Shown here piece by piece: positions 19,266 through 29,370 of a stretch of DNA of 64,000 nt. The notes beneath the pieces were generated by a model. The model worked only from the letters and a program-made list of their open reading frames with translations. It had not been told where the DNA came from and made no database searches. Location: the IMG/VR virus record IMGVR_UViG_3300037346_000220, positions 1-64,000 of that record. One strand, given 5' to 3'. Within the stretch, counting starts at the first letter, position 1. Every line of letters begins with the position of its first letter. The position numbers and the translations under genes were made by a program. This DNA is from a virus.

Positions 19266-19553
19266 ATGTTAAGACCATTAGAGGATAAAGTAATTGTAGA
19301 GCCGATTGTAGAAGCAGAAGTAGCTTCTTCATCAGGACTTATTTTAACTAATACAAGCAAGGATTCTCCAACCGAGGGAATCGTAATAGCAGTTGGACCA
19401 GGTACTGTATTCAGCGATGGCTCAAGGCTTGACCTTGACCTGAAGGTAGGAGACAAAGTAGCTTACTCAAAGTTTGCTGGTACCGAGGTAGAGCATGATC
19501 GTAAGACATACACTATCCTCCCATATAGAGAAATCTATGCGGTGTTAGGATAA
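19266..19553 (+). CDS. groES: Co-chaperonin GroES
   Basis: LRPLEDKVIV, SSGLIL, G.VIAVGPG, VGDKV.YSKFAGTEV. Confidence 0.95.
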   Translation: MLRPLEDKVIVEPIVEAEVASSSGLILTNTSKDSPTEGIVIAVGPGTVFSDGSRLDLDLKVGDKVAYSKFAGTEVEHDRKTYTILPYREIYAVLG

Positions 19554-19556
19554 TTA

Positions 19557-20270
19557 ATGACTACATATATTAGAACCATGCCAGAACCGATAAAGGTGTT
19601 AGACGAGGGATACTTGCGTCTTGTAGATGTGCTAGGAGATGATCTGGCTACGGTAAACGCAGCAAGAGTTTCTTATGACAAGGAAGCTGCAGAGTGGTCA
19701 GACAAAGAAGCTAGGCTAATTAAGTTCTTATTGCGTGAGGGTCACACATCTCCGTTTAGACACGCAGCACTAACCTTTGAGGTCTATGCTCCACTATTTG
19801 TTGCTAGGCAATGGTGGAAGTACGCAGTAGCCTCTAGTCATATTGACGACCAGAATGGTTGGAACGAGTCCTCTAGGCGTTACATTACAGAAGAAGAAAA
19901 GTTCTATATTCCTCTACCTAATGAGTGGAGGAGTAAGCCAGAGAATAGTAAGCAGGGCTCTGGTGAGCCCCTAGACATTGAGTTAGGTCAAAAGTACTTC
20001 GATCGTCTATGCGAGACCGTTGTAAGCGGAACAGAGGCGTATCACGATGCCATGAATGATGGTGTAGCTCCAGAGATTGCCCGATTGTTTCTTCCAGCTT
20101 ATGGTATGTACGTTAGATGGCGTTGGACGGTGTCTCTACAGGGAGTTTTAACATTCCTTGACCAGAGAATGCCTAACGACGCTCAATGGGAAATCCAAAA
20201 GTATGCCCAAGCTGTTCTAGACTTGACCAGGGATGCATTTCCTGAAACAATTGGAGCACTTTATGAATAA
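19557..20270 (+). CDS. thyX: Flavin-dependent thymidylate synthase
   Basis: AARVSY, GHTSPF, APLFVARQW, NESSRRY, E.AR..LP, AQWEI. Confidence 0.92.
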   Translation: MTTYIRTMPEPIKVLDEGYLRLVDVLGDDLATVNAARVSYDKEAAEWSDKEARLIKFLLREGHTSPFRHAALTFEVYAPLFVARQWWKYAVASSHIDDQNGWNESSRRYITEEEKFYIPLPNEWRSKPENSKQGSGEPLDIELGQKYFDRLCETVVSGTEAYHDAMNDGVAPEIARLFLPAYGMYVRWRWTVSLQGVLTFLDQRMPNDAQWEIQKYAQAVLDLTRDAFPETIGALYE

Positions 20271-20290
20271 GATAGATCAAGAGGGATAGG

Positions 20291-21391
20291 TTGACTGTAG
20301 TTGCGATCATAGGACTTGGTTACGTTGGGCAAGCACTGGCGAACCGTGTGTCAAAAGTCAAAGGCTTTAGTGTTATAGGTGTAGAAAAGAGCAAAAGTGT
20401 TCTACTACCTATGATGTCAGATGGCCTTGGGTACTCCGTTACCTCAGACATCAATGATGCAAAGAACGCTGACGTCTTTGTCGTATGTGTGGCTACTCCA
20501 TTATCTGGAGAAGACTACGTAGCCAAAGCAGCGCAGGAGATAGCTTCTGTAGCAAAAGAGGGGGCTCTAGCTATCCTAGAGTCCACGGTAGGAATAGGGG
20601 TAACCGAAAAGATCTTCTTCCCACCACTAACTAAAGCAGGAGTCTTAGTAGCCTATTCACCAGAACGAATTGATCCAAGCTCTGAGAAGTATAACATTAG
20701 TAATACTACTAAGGTTGTATCAGGAGCTACGCCTTTAGCCTTAAAAGCAGCTATGGCTTTCTATACTAAGTTTATTAAGAAAGTTGTTAGCACCAGCGAC
20801 GTAAGAGTTGCCGAAGCAGCAAAACTTCTGGAAAATTCTTACAGGCTTCTTAATGTATCTTTTATCAATGAGTTTGCTAGGTCTTGCCTTGCTGCTGGGA
20901 TAGATTCAAGTGAAGTCATTCAGTTGGCAAGTACCAAGGAGTTTGGATTTCAAGCATTCTATCCTAGTGCTGGCGCTGGTGGCCACTGCATCCCAGTTGA
21001 TCCTGAGTTCTTGTCTAACTATATGAGGGAACTTGGAGTACCAATTACTCTTCTCGAAACAGCCATAGAGATTAATGACTCAATGCCTAATGAGATTGTA
21101 GATGATCTTAATAAGAAGTTCAACGGACTACAGGATAAGAAGATCTTAATTGTAGGTATGTCATATAAGGCTAATACTGATGACACCAGGAACTCTTCAG
21201 GTAGTCAGATATATAACCTAATGAAGCACCTTGGGTATGATGTCAAGTGGCATGACGAAGTAGTTAAGACTTACGGAACAACTAAGTCTGTAAAGCCATC
21301 TAACAGCTTTGATGTAGTCCTTGTGACTGTGAGGCATGAAGAGCTGCACCTATCTATGATTAGTGAGTCTAAGATAGTTTCTTATGCGTAA
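20291..21391 (+). CDS. UDP-N-acetylhexosamine/nucleotide-sugar 6-dehydrogenase
   Basis: GLGYVG, CVATP, LESTV, SPERIDP, AEAAKLLEN, GGHCIPVDP, YK.NTDD.RNS. Confidence 0.93.
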   Translation: MTVVAIIGLGYVGQALANRVSKVKGFSVIGVEKSKSVLLPMMSDGLGYSVTSDINDAKNADVFVVCVATPLSGEDYVAKAAQEIASVAKEGALAILESTVGIGVTEKIFFPPLTKAGVLVAYSPERIDPSSEKYNISNTTKVVSGATPLALKAAMAFYTKFIKKVVSTSDVRVAEAAKLLENSYRLLNVSFINEFARSCLAAGIDSSEVIQLASTKEFGFQAFYPSAGAGGHCIPVDPEFLSNYMRELGVPITLLETAIEINDSMPNEIVDDLNKKFNGLQDKKILIVGMSYKANTDDTRNSSGSQIYNLMKHLGYDVKWHDEVVKTYGTTKSVKPSNSFDVVLVTVRHEELHLSMISESKIVSYA

Positions 21392-22065
21392 TGGTCTTCT
21401 ATAAAATCAGTTACAACCCATGGCTCATGCTCAAAGCAAGCCTCAACAAGAACCTCAAGGTCTGCTCCTAGCTGTCCTGGAAGGCTGTGACCGTAATCTT
21501 CCCCAAAGTCAAAGATAAATACATTGTCCTGTATCGGGAAGTTGGCAATTTGAACCATGTCTTCTTCATCACTACTGGCAAAGATGTAGTAGTTCGTCTC
21601 CTCCTGAAAGTATCCCTCCAGGCTAGGTACTTTCCATTCGCTAATGCTCTTGGTGTAGAGAGCTAGGAGATAGCTATTATCCTGCAAGAATTCTGGCATA
21701 ATACTATACTGCGGTGTGACAGCTACTACAGAATGGATCTTAAAATACTTTGAAAGAACGGTAGCTAAGAATCCACCCATACAAAACCCAATAGCTCTGA
21801 CATCCTTATCTACCAGATGTGGAGACAAAGTATCTATGATCAAGTTCCAGTCAAGCCTATTGCCATAAGAGCTAGTCTTATCAATTAGGAACACTGCCTT
21901 GCCATCCTTGGTAGAGGTTTTTACAAACTCTTCCTTAGAGAATTCTTCACCAATCCTGGGGGTGCTAGAGATAGAGACAGTGACGACTTCGGTGTCTCCA
22001 TCTATCATGCTTATTCTACAGAAGTCATCCTCGAATAAAGTTATAATTTCTTTCTTTAATTCCAT
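21382..22065 (-). CDS. Alpha/beta-hydrolase-like protein
   Basis: GFCMGG nucleophile-elbow-like motif, PQ, C-terminal GH. Confidence 0.55.
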   Translation of the reverse strand: MELKKEIITLFEDDFCRISMIDGDTEVVTVSISSTPRIGEEFSKEEFVKTSTKDGKAVFLIDKTSSYGNRLDWNLIIDTLSPHLVDKDVRAIGFCMGGFLATVLSKYFKIHSVVAVTPQYSIMPEFLQDNSYLLALYTKSISEWKVPSLEGYFQEETNYYIFASSDEEDMVQIANFPIQDNVFIFDFGEDYGHSLPGQLGADLEVLVEACFEHEPWVVTDFIEDHYA

Positions 22066-22107
22066 GACTTTATTATAACAGAATACTTGACATGGTATAA
22101 TTGTTAC

Positions 22108-22722
22108 ATGATTAAAGATTACGGTAATGGAATAGTTAACACCCTGGACTTCGTATCATACGAGGACTCCATGGAGATCAGTGCCTGGATAGATACTAAT
22201 ATAGATAACTTCTTAATCTATGAATTTCAAAACAATCCAGACAGGCATGCTATTAGATTTGGTAAAGATCAAATATTCTGGGATACGTCTCCTCACGACA
22301 TACGTGGGGTAGAGGATATCGAAAAAACATGTAGACCATACTTCAAGAAGGTAACGGAGCATCTTAAAAAGCTGTACAACGATGACTCAGATCTCTTCGT
22401 CAACTCCTTCTGGCTAGCTAAGCAAGACGCTGGTGGCTTTGTAGGACCTCATCATGACTCTCACTCTGGAATGAACCCACAGTTTAAGTACAGTGTGATC
22501 TGCTATCTTAATTCAAACCCAATAGATGGAGAGTTGGAGTTTGTAAGCTTAGGGTTTGGGATTAAGCCACCTGCTGGCTCAATGGTTAGCTTCCCATCAC
22601 AGGGGGAAAACCTAGACCATGAGGTAAAGGCCATAAGTCAGGAGAGGTACTCTATGCTATTCTGGGTTACTGATAACCCTGACTACGAAGTTAAGTGGCA
22701 CAGCGATGTGTGCCCATCGTAA
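22108..22722 (+). CDS. 2OG-Fe(II) oxygenase, prolyl-4-hydroxylase-like, leaderless
   Basis: HHD, CYLN...GELEF, FPS...HEV...ERYS; TATAAT at 22096-22101. Confidence 0.85.
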   Translation: MIKDYGNGIVNTLDFVSYEDSMEISAWIDTNIDNFLIYEFQNNPDRHAIRFGKDQIFWDTSPHDIRGVEDIEKTCRPYFKKVTEHLKKLYNDDSDLFVNSFWLAKQDAGGFVGPHHDSHSGMNPQFKYSVICYLNSNPIDGELEFVSLGFGIKPPAGSMVSFPSQGENLDHEVKAISQERYSMLFWVTDNPDYEVKWHSDVCPS

Positions 22723-22826
22723 CCATCAGTTCCTGGTGATCAATGCCTGAAAGTTTTATTAAACATTTTTTGTAAAAGTGATGAATTGAGAGCATATCTC
22801 ATTATAATCGTGTTATAATTAATCTT

Positions 22827-23012
22827 ATGAACTACAACACTCACCCATGCCCTATCTGTTCAAAAGATATGGCTCCAGTAATATATGGATTCCCTACCAC
22901 TCACATGGTTGAGATGGCTCAGCAAGACATCATCGCTCTTGGAGGAACAAAGATGGACAAAGAAAACCCCACACACTATTGTTATAGCTGTGGGGATCCT
23001 TACCGTATCTAA
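22827..23012 (+). CDS. Small Zn-ribbon protein
   Basis: CPIC...YG.P...LGG...CYSC. Confidence 0.7.
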   Translation: MNYNTHPCPICSKDMAPVIYGFPTTHMVEMAQQDIIALGGTKMDKENPTHYCYSCGDPYRI

Positions 23013-23399
23013 TTATAGATAACGGATTTCGTCTATATATTTAGCAGACAGTGCTATCTTTATCATATTATCTGCATAGCTGCCAGTCTTTGGAGGTGCA
23101 GAAAAATACACAACGTAATAAGTATTAGGATCAACAGCCTTTAGGATTGCTCCATTGGCTACAGCCTTCTTTACGTTATCGGTTCTTTCCGCTCCTGGTC
23201 TTTTCTTGCCACCAGACCTACCACCCTTAGCCTCAACAAACTCAGTGCGTACCTTGTTATCCGCAACAAAATCAACTTCAACTCCCGTTTCAGGGATTTC
23301 ATAGTTTCTGGCTGTAATCTTAGAGGTCTTTGATAGGTGCTGCTCAACAATCGCTTCAAATTCATCTCCAGCTCGTTTAGACTCTGCTTGAAAGTTCAA
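23013..23399 (-). CDS. PD-(D/E)xK restriction-endonuclease-like nuclease
   Basis: G..FE, EVDFV, VEAKGG; AGGAG RBS before TTG at 23399. Confidence 0.7.
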   Translation of the reverse strand: MNFQAESKRAGDEFEAIVEQHLSKTSKITARNYEIPETGVEVDFVADNKVRTEFVEAKGGRSGGKKRPGAERTDNVKKAVANGAILKAVDPNTYYVVYFSAPPKTGSYADNMIKIALSAKYIDEIRYL

Positions 23400-23557
23400 T
23401 CTACTCCTTGTTCGTATTTGCTCTGGTATAGCCAGAGATGTAGCCTGAACGCCATGCAACCATTTCCTCTTCGGTAATGTTTTCACGTTCCCCAGAAGAT
23501 AAGTAAAGGTTAACATCTTCGTTAACAGCCTTAATTAGGTCTGCTTTGCTTGATTCC

Positions 23558-23734
23558 TTATCCAAGGTTAATTCCCATCGTTCGGTTTACTCCAGATATG
23601 TACCCAGCCTGCCAAGCTTCCAAGGTTTCTTGGGTAGTGTTACGTCCAGCAGTAGCTAAGAACTTTTGCAAGTCTTCGATAGCAGCCTCAGTAACCTTCA
23701 GTTTCTCTGATTCTGTATTATTAATTTCATCCAT
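23558..23734 (-). CDS. Hypothetical protein, leaderless
   Basis: TTGACA-17-TAAAAT then ATG 7 nt later. Confidence 0.65.
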   Translation of the reverse strand: MDEINNTESEKLKVTEAAIEDLQKFLATAGRNTTQETLEAWQAGYISGVNRTMGINLG

Positions 23735-24100
23735 AGTAGATATTTTACCACTAGTCCTGGGGATTGTCAAGAGCTTTATCTAAAAGGTAAGTCCTTCTGA
23801 TTTGATCCAAGATCTCTTGTCCAGATACTTCGATGGTAAATGGTAAGCCATCATAATCCTCTATAGTCACTTTGTATATGTTGTCAGGAGATAGCAGGTA
23901 TCTAAAGTTATTGTTCATTGACATAGTATAGCACTTTTGCTATAATATAGATATGAAAAGTAAAAGAACGCTACAGTCCCAAGAGTGGGAATTCTACAAG
24001 GCAGAGAACACGGCCAACAAGGGTGTTGGATTCTTGCTAATATCCTGTGTGGTATGGCTACCAGCACTCATTCTATTTGTAATGATGTCAGGAGGCTGAG

Positions 24101-24280
24101 ATGTCTCACTTTGATGCTCATGACTTAAAGAAAGCTTACGAAGCTGGAGTCTTAGACGAAAGACTAAGAATCATACGGGTTTTAAGAAAGGACCTAGGCA
24201 ATACATCTGAGGTTAACAAGTTGGTAGCAGAGGATACCCAAGATTCAACTGTTCAGTATCTTGACATAGGTGAGCTATGA
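24101..24280 (+). CDS. Small protein with GxxxERxRI motif (not in ORF track)
   Basis: AGGAGG RBS; YEAGVLDERLRII. Confidence 0.6.
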   Translation: MSHFDAHDLKKAYEAGVLDERLRIIRVLRKDLGNTSEVNKLVAEDTQDSTVQYLDIGEL

Positions 24281-24456
24281 TGAATTGGGAAGAGGGCTTC
24301 CAGATAGGCGTATTGGCAGGCATGAAAGCTGAGCGACAAAGGATCATCGAATCCCTTAAATCGGAGGCAGCCAACAGGTCAATCATGGAAGCCCTAGCCT
24401 ACCCATACTTAGCGGAAGAGCTAGAAGCTACAATCATGAGAGACCAGGAAGACTAA
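24277..24456 (+). CDS. Small protein with GxxxERxRI motif (not in ORF track)
   Basis: ATGA overlap; LAGMKAERQRII. Confidence 0.6.
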   Translation: MMNWEEGFQIGVLAGMKAERQRIIESLKSEAANRSIMEALAYPYLAEELEATIMRDQED

Positions 24457-24466
24457 AAGGAGAGAG

Positions 24467-25066
24467 ATGAGTTTCCTATTTATAGGACTAGACGGAGAGA
24501 TGTCCTCCAGTGAGCTGTCTGAAGGTGGCAAGCTTATTCAGATTGGCCTATCCACCGAGGACGGGTATCAAATCTCCATGAATATGAATCCAGGTGAGTG
24601 CCAGTGGTCAGAACGTGCTTTTGAGGTTCACGGCATCACACTAGAGTCTCTACAAAGTGCGACTTTGCCAGATGAGGTTGACAGTCAAGTTTACGATTGG
24701 TTGATTGCAATAGGCGCAGACACCAATAACAGAGGCAAGACCATCCCAGTCGGGTTCAATGTCGGGGCGTTTGATATGCCCTTTGTAAAGGACTCTCTGC
24801 CTAAAACCTACTCGCTATTCTCCAGAAGAACTGTTGACCTGAACGCACTATGCTTTGCATTAGATTACTCGATTGACAACGGCATGCCAATGAGGGCAGA
24901 GACCTGGAAGAAAAGAGCCAAGGCTTACGCTATCGAAAAAATCGGCATGGAGAATCAGCACGATGCTGGTTGGGACAGCCTCATGCACATCTATTGTTTT
25001 GAGTACCTAAAGGGCGTTATGGGAAACAAGAGAAGGAGTCAAGGTGCCACTACACGTTCAGATTAG
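24467..25066 (+). CDS. DEDDh (DnaQ-like) 3'-5' exonuclease
   Basis: LDGEMS, GFNVGAFD, HDAGWD. Confidence 0.85.
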   Translation: MSFLFIGLDGEMSSSELSEGGKLIQIGLSTEDGYQISMNMNPGECQWSERAFEVHGITLESLQSATLPDEVDSQVYDWLIAIGADTNNRGKTIPVGFNVGAFDMPFVKDSLPKTYSLFSRRTVDLNALCFALDYSIDNGMPMRAETWKKRAKAYAIEKIGMENQHDAGWDSLMHIYCFEYLKGVMGNKRRSQGATTRSD

Positions 25067-25286
25067 AGTAAACAGACAGCTACTCAGCGAGATACATATA
25101 GCCAGAGCTGAGGGTGGAACAGATCTAGATGATATAAATACATACATCGCTACTACTGGTGAAGAGCCTTTGTGGCTAGAGGGCTATGAAGAGCATGGTG
25201 TAAAATTTAAACATCGCTATGGTGATGGTGCAGAAGTTTGCGTTAGGAAAGCACTTGAAGCACTTGAACCATCTATAAAAACATAA
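25044..25286 (+). CDS. Hypothetical protein
   Basis: AAGGAG RBS before GTG; HRYGDGA. Confidence 0.65.
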   Translation: MPLHVQIRVNRQLLSEIHIARAEGGTDLDDINTYIATTGEEPLWLEGYEEHGVKFKHRYGDGAEVCVRKALEALEPSIKT

Positions 25287-25306
25287 AATCTAGTATCCGT
25301 AAAAAC

Positions 25307-25687
25307 ATGGAAGTGAGGCACAAAATGAGTAACAGGAACTGGACTTATCCTCTAGACAAGCGAACAGCGAGCGGTTGGTACGGTTGTGATGCACCTGGGG
25401 GATGGAGTCGGATTATTCTAGAAGCCAATGACATGTTAGCGCACATAGACCCTGACTATACAGTTCATCAAATCAAACAAAAGTTTGGCTCTATGCGTTA
25501 TTACTTTGCTACATCTAAGATGGGTATAGAGCTTGACATTATGAATGCTATTGCTAGAAATGCCGAGCAGGCCTCGATACATGTCTGCGAAGACTGTGGG
25601 AAGTTCGGTGAGACAAGAGGCAAGACATGGTTTAGAACACTATGCGATGATTGCCACGAGAGAGTTGGAACGATTAAAAATGATTAA
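25307..25687 (+). CDS. Conserved phage protein (Q.K.KFG..RYY...CE.CG...TLC motif)
   Basis: Recurrent phage Zn-binding motif. Confidence 0.7.
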   Translation: MEVRHKMSNRNWTYPLDKRTASGWYGCDAPGGWSRIILEANDMLAHIDPDYTVHQIKQKFGSMRYYFATSKMGIELDIMNAIARNAEQASIHVCEDCGKFGETRGKTWFRTLCDDCHERVGTIKND

Positions 25688-25828
25688 GTTTAGAAGCTAC
25701 AGAGATTCCCAATCACTAGGTACTGCTTATGTCTTTGGGATTAATCTTTACGACATGAAGACACAACCGACTCTAGATATCATTATTGGCAAGAGAGTGT
25801 TCGTGTTCTTCTGCGACAGGAAGACCAG

Positions 25829-26098
25829 ATGATAATTACAACTGAGTCAGGTACGGTGTATGACCTAACTGGCGGGTTCTGTATGCGTAATGGACAATTC
25901 GAGTTTAAGATCTGGTGGAGCTATTGCTTCGACTCTGAGGGAGACATGACTATGTCCGAAGTACCTCGACCGTTTGAGAGTGAAGATTCTGGAAGAAGGC
26001 TCCCGATTCAGATTGGTAAGCGCATGTACCTAGGCGGCAAAGACGGCTGGAGGATCTCGACTAAGATAGTTTCAATAGAGGAGGCACAAGATGACTAG
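25829..26098 (+). CDS. Hypothetical protein
   Basis: Coupled ORF, T.SG.VY start. Confidence 0.6.
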   Translation: MIITTESGTVYDLTGGFCMRNGQFEFKIWWSYCFDSEGDMTMSEVPRPFESEDSGRRLPIQIGKRMYLGGKDGWRISTKIVSIEEAQDD

Positions 26099-26286
26099 GC
26101 AACCATTCGGAAATCCCGAACAGTTCAAGTTGTACAAGATGTACAAGTCAGCAAAATGTCACACTAAACGCCGATTTGTCACTCATACTTTGCACCTAAA
26201 TAGCACTTATGTCACAACTATACCGAAAACGGTAGTGTTTTGACCGTCCACAAAAATGGACAACCGTCCACAATAGTGAAAGGAAC

Positions 26287-26535
26287 ATGATGAAGGACTA
26301 TCACAATAAGCCTATAACTGTAGCAGAAGCTATTAAACAGCTAAGGTCCCTGCCTCAAAATGCCTACTTAGCGACAAGCCGATGGGATCTGGATTACGGC
26401 ATCATATCCTATAGCCTGATTCATGACCTATCGACCACCGTGCAGAACCTTGGCGAAGATTTTGTAAGTGTTAGAGCAGGTCTTTGCAAAGAAGACTTTT
26501 ATACTGATGACGAGTCCTATAGTAGCTGGTCATGA
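26287..26535 (+). CDS. Hypothetical protein
   Basis: GAAAGGA RBS. Confidence 0.65.
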   Translation: MMKDYHNKPITVAEAIKQLRSLPQNAYLATSRWDLDYGIISYSLIHDLSTTVQNLGEDFVSVRAGLCKEDFYTDDESYSSWS

Positions 26536-26858
26536 CAAAGACAATTATACAGGCTTTAGCTAATGGGTGGTAATACTTATAAGTTGGGATTTCGAGACGG
26601 TAGCCAAGCAGAGCGCAAAAAGATAATTGGTCTCATACAAGAAAGGATATGCATACATAAATGTCAACACGCAATTTGCCTAGATGCTATCCTAATAATG
26701 AAGATGCTTCGTAATGGGGCGTAGAACCGAAGGTAGGTTTGGTTGGTGTATGACTAATCAGCACAGCCTATGTCAACAAGAAATATCTAATGGGGTAATA
26801 TGCTCATGCACATGTCACTCCAGGTAAAAGAATAACAATAGAGAGGTAAGCAGACACA

Positions 26859-27329
26859 ATGAATAAGTCAGAAATTATAGATAGTATCTCCAGATACACG
26901 GACATGTTTGATCGGGTAATGATTAACTTTTCTGGTAAGTATGGAGTTCCCTTCTTAAGATTCTCTATTGGAATTATCTTCATCTGGTTTGGAGCACTAA
27001 AGACTATAGGAGAGTTATCCCCTGCATACGATCTTGTAGCAGCAACAATCTATTGGCTAACACCAGAGATCATTGTTCCCCTCTTGGGTCTATGGGAAGT
27101 GGCTATCGGCATTGCCTTCTTAATACCATCTTTAAACAGGATAGGACTTATCCTCCTAGCGTTCCAGATGCCAGGAACCTTCCTACCACTAATCCTCTTA
27201 CCTGAGATCTGCTTTACGGTTATCCCCTTTGGACTAACTCTCGAGGGACAGTACATTGTGAAAAACTTGGTAATTATTGGTTCAGCCTTTGTCATTGGCG
27301 CAGGAGTTCGCCGAAAAAATAGAGATTAA
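26859..27329 (+). CDS. DoxX-family membrane protein
   Basis: LRFSIGIIFIWFGALK, G..EVAIG, LTLEGQYIVKN; four TM helices. Confidence 0.85.
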   Translation: MNKSEIIDSISRYTDMFDRVMINFSGKYGVPFLRFSIGIIFIWFGALKTIGELSPAYDLVAATIYWLTPEIIVPLLGLWEVAIGIAFLIPSLNRIGLILLAFQMPGTFLPLILLPEICFTVIPFGLTLEGQYIVKNLVIIGSAFVIGAGVRRKNRD

Positions 27330-28755
27330 AGTTCGGCGGTAAATAGGAGATCACTCCAAGTCTTCCGACTTGATATCCTCCCGATACCTGGTATAATATA
27401 ACTATGGTATTATGCAAATGGTGCAAAGATAGGCTACCGCTGGTAGCTCCAAGCACCTGTAGCTGTGGATCATTACGCTTAGTAGACATAAACAATAAGA
27501 TAAGGATAATAGCTATCTTGGAAGATATAGAAATAGATTTCGTAGAGACCCACCCACCAGAACATTTTAGAGACAAGGCCCAAGGTGAATAAGACAACTA
27601 TAGAGGAAACCCTATCAGGTTTTAGCGGACAGATACATTGTGAAGATCATAAAGTAACTGTATTCGTCAATGGGAAGACTAAGGATAGTACTATCAGATC
27701 AGTAGAAGCTACCTATGATAAATATCACGGTATCAAGTACCAGGGTATCTGTGATCTTGAGCGGTATCAAGAAATAGAACAAACACTATCCCTAGTATAA
27801 ACATACCTAGTAGAAAGAACATGAAGTGATTCTTAATATTATTATAGTAGGCTTTCTGGTTAACTACGTTATCAGACATATGATCAAATACTATAAGAGT
27901 TTATAGATTTAAGTCTTAGAAGCTCTAGAAGCCTTTCTCCCATAACTACCTATCTGAGATATCAGGAGAACTTTATACCCTCCCATATAGCCATATATAG
28001 CTAATTAGACCTATGTGACATATAGTTGATAGTGTGTTTATATCTTACTGAATAGATAGTTGGATAGTGGATAGATATGTATAGATATAGTGTATGGGTA
28101 ATGGGCCACATTGTTATGAAAACGTAATAACTTTTCCCCTACATTACTTGACATATCTACCATATAGGTGTATAATACATATCTCCATATCTAACCCTAC
28201 TAGGTATCTCCTATCCCTGATAACCCCATATGAGCATAGATATCTATCTATATATCCCTGTATAAAAGTATATAAACATATATAAAAGCTATGAATTTCT
28301 GGAAATAATATCCCCTATCGTAATGATTTATATCAAAACCATATCAGAAATGTATGTATGTTTCTACTAGGGGGATATGGGATCAAAAGGAGAGGAGGAG
28401 GGTGATCTATTTATACCCTGGCTATTCGCCAGAGACTTCGTCTGGATCCAGGATCAATTCTTTCGGGGTAAATACAAATAACTTATCTAACATAGTTATA
28501 GTAGCAAACGTATTCCATATAGCTTTACCTATAGTAGAGTAACCTTCTGATATCTTCTTAGCCTCCATAGGATACATAGCATTGAAGAAGTGATATCGTG
28601 TCATATGTCTATTATACTCCCTATGTGTATATGATGATCATGTTTAAATGCCCCAAAACTTCTGGAAAAAAATATCGATCATCTTAATGTATTATTTACA
28701 AACATATACTTGACATTTGGGATAGAGTGTGCTCGACCCCCAAAGGGGTCCTTTG

Positions 28756-29070
28756 TCAAATTGAGAATAAGTCATCTAGAGAGTCAAAGCCCTCATCTTC
28801 TGGTAGCTCCATTGAAGCCAATAGTAGGTCAAAGGTTTCTTCCAATAGGGTTATGCCTACTTTCTGTGGCTTGACTAAGTCCTGAGTAATTAGATAAGCA
28901 AGTGGCAAGCCTAAATCGTTGTAGCTAATGAAGTCTTGAAACTCATCATCTCCCCTGTAGTTCATCCATAGGTCAGCTAGTATCTCTGCTTTCTTTTCTA
29001 TGGTTGTTCCGTTACCGCTATTCTCTCCCAAGTAATTTCTCCACTTCTTCCACTGCCGCTTCTGCGACAA
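28756..29070 (-). CDS. Hypothetical acidic protein (start uncertain)
   Basis: ILADLW..Y...F.DF..YNDLGLPLAY. Confidence 0.7.
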   Translation of the reverse strand: MSQKRQWKKWRNYLGENSGNGTTIEKKAEILADLWMNYRGDDEFQDFISYNDLGLPLAYLITQDLVKPQKVGITLLEETFDLLLASMELPEDEGFDSLDDLFSI

Positions 29071-29215
29071 GCAATACCCTATTGTAACTTGTTCTTGGTT
29101 GTATGTGTGCTAGATACTTTCCAACCTCATCTAAATCTAATGTGACATCATTCACCAACGCTCCTATGCTTTTAGCTACTTTTGCTTCTACGGCTAATTC
29201 GTGTTTCTTTCCCAT
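29018..29215 (-). CDS. Hypothetical protein
   Basis: AGGAG RBS and TTGACA-17-TACAAT promoter. Confidence 0.7.
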   Translation of the reverse strand: MGKKHELAVEAKVAKSIGALVNDVTLDLDEVGKYLAHIQPRTSYNRVLLVAEAAVEEVEKLLGRE

Positions 29216-29370
29216 TTAGACTCCTATTGTCCATTGTATCAAAAATGTGTGAGGGTGTCAAGTAGAAAAGTAGGAATCTTCTCAACACCCTCGTGTATGG
29301 ATAGCCAACCCCTTAGCCTCCATACTGATATGAGGAACTTTCGCTACAACCCATATCAATCTTTATTTAA

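Noticed and set aside
23013-23399. Restriction-modification system
   Set aside because: Lone PD-(D/E)xK nuclease with no adjacent methyltransferase in the window
26244-26274. Direct repeat ACCGTCCACA x2
   Set aside because: Only two copies, not seen elsewhere; insufficient to call a site
28094-28542. ORFs 28094-28285 and 28354-28542
   Set aside because: Low-complexity AT-rich tract, no RBS, Tyr/Ile-biased translation; probably spurious
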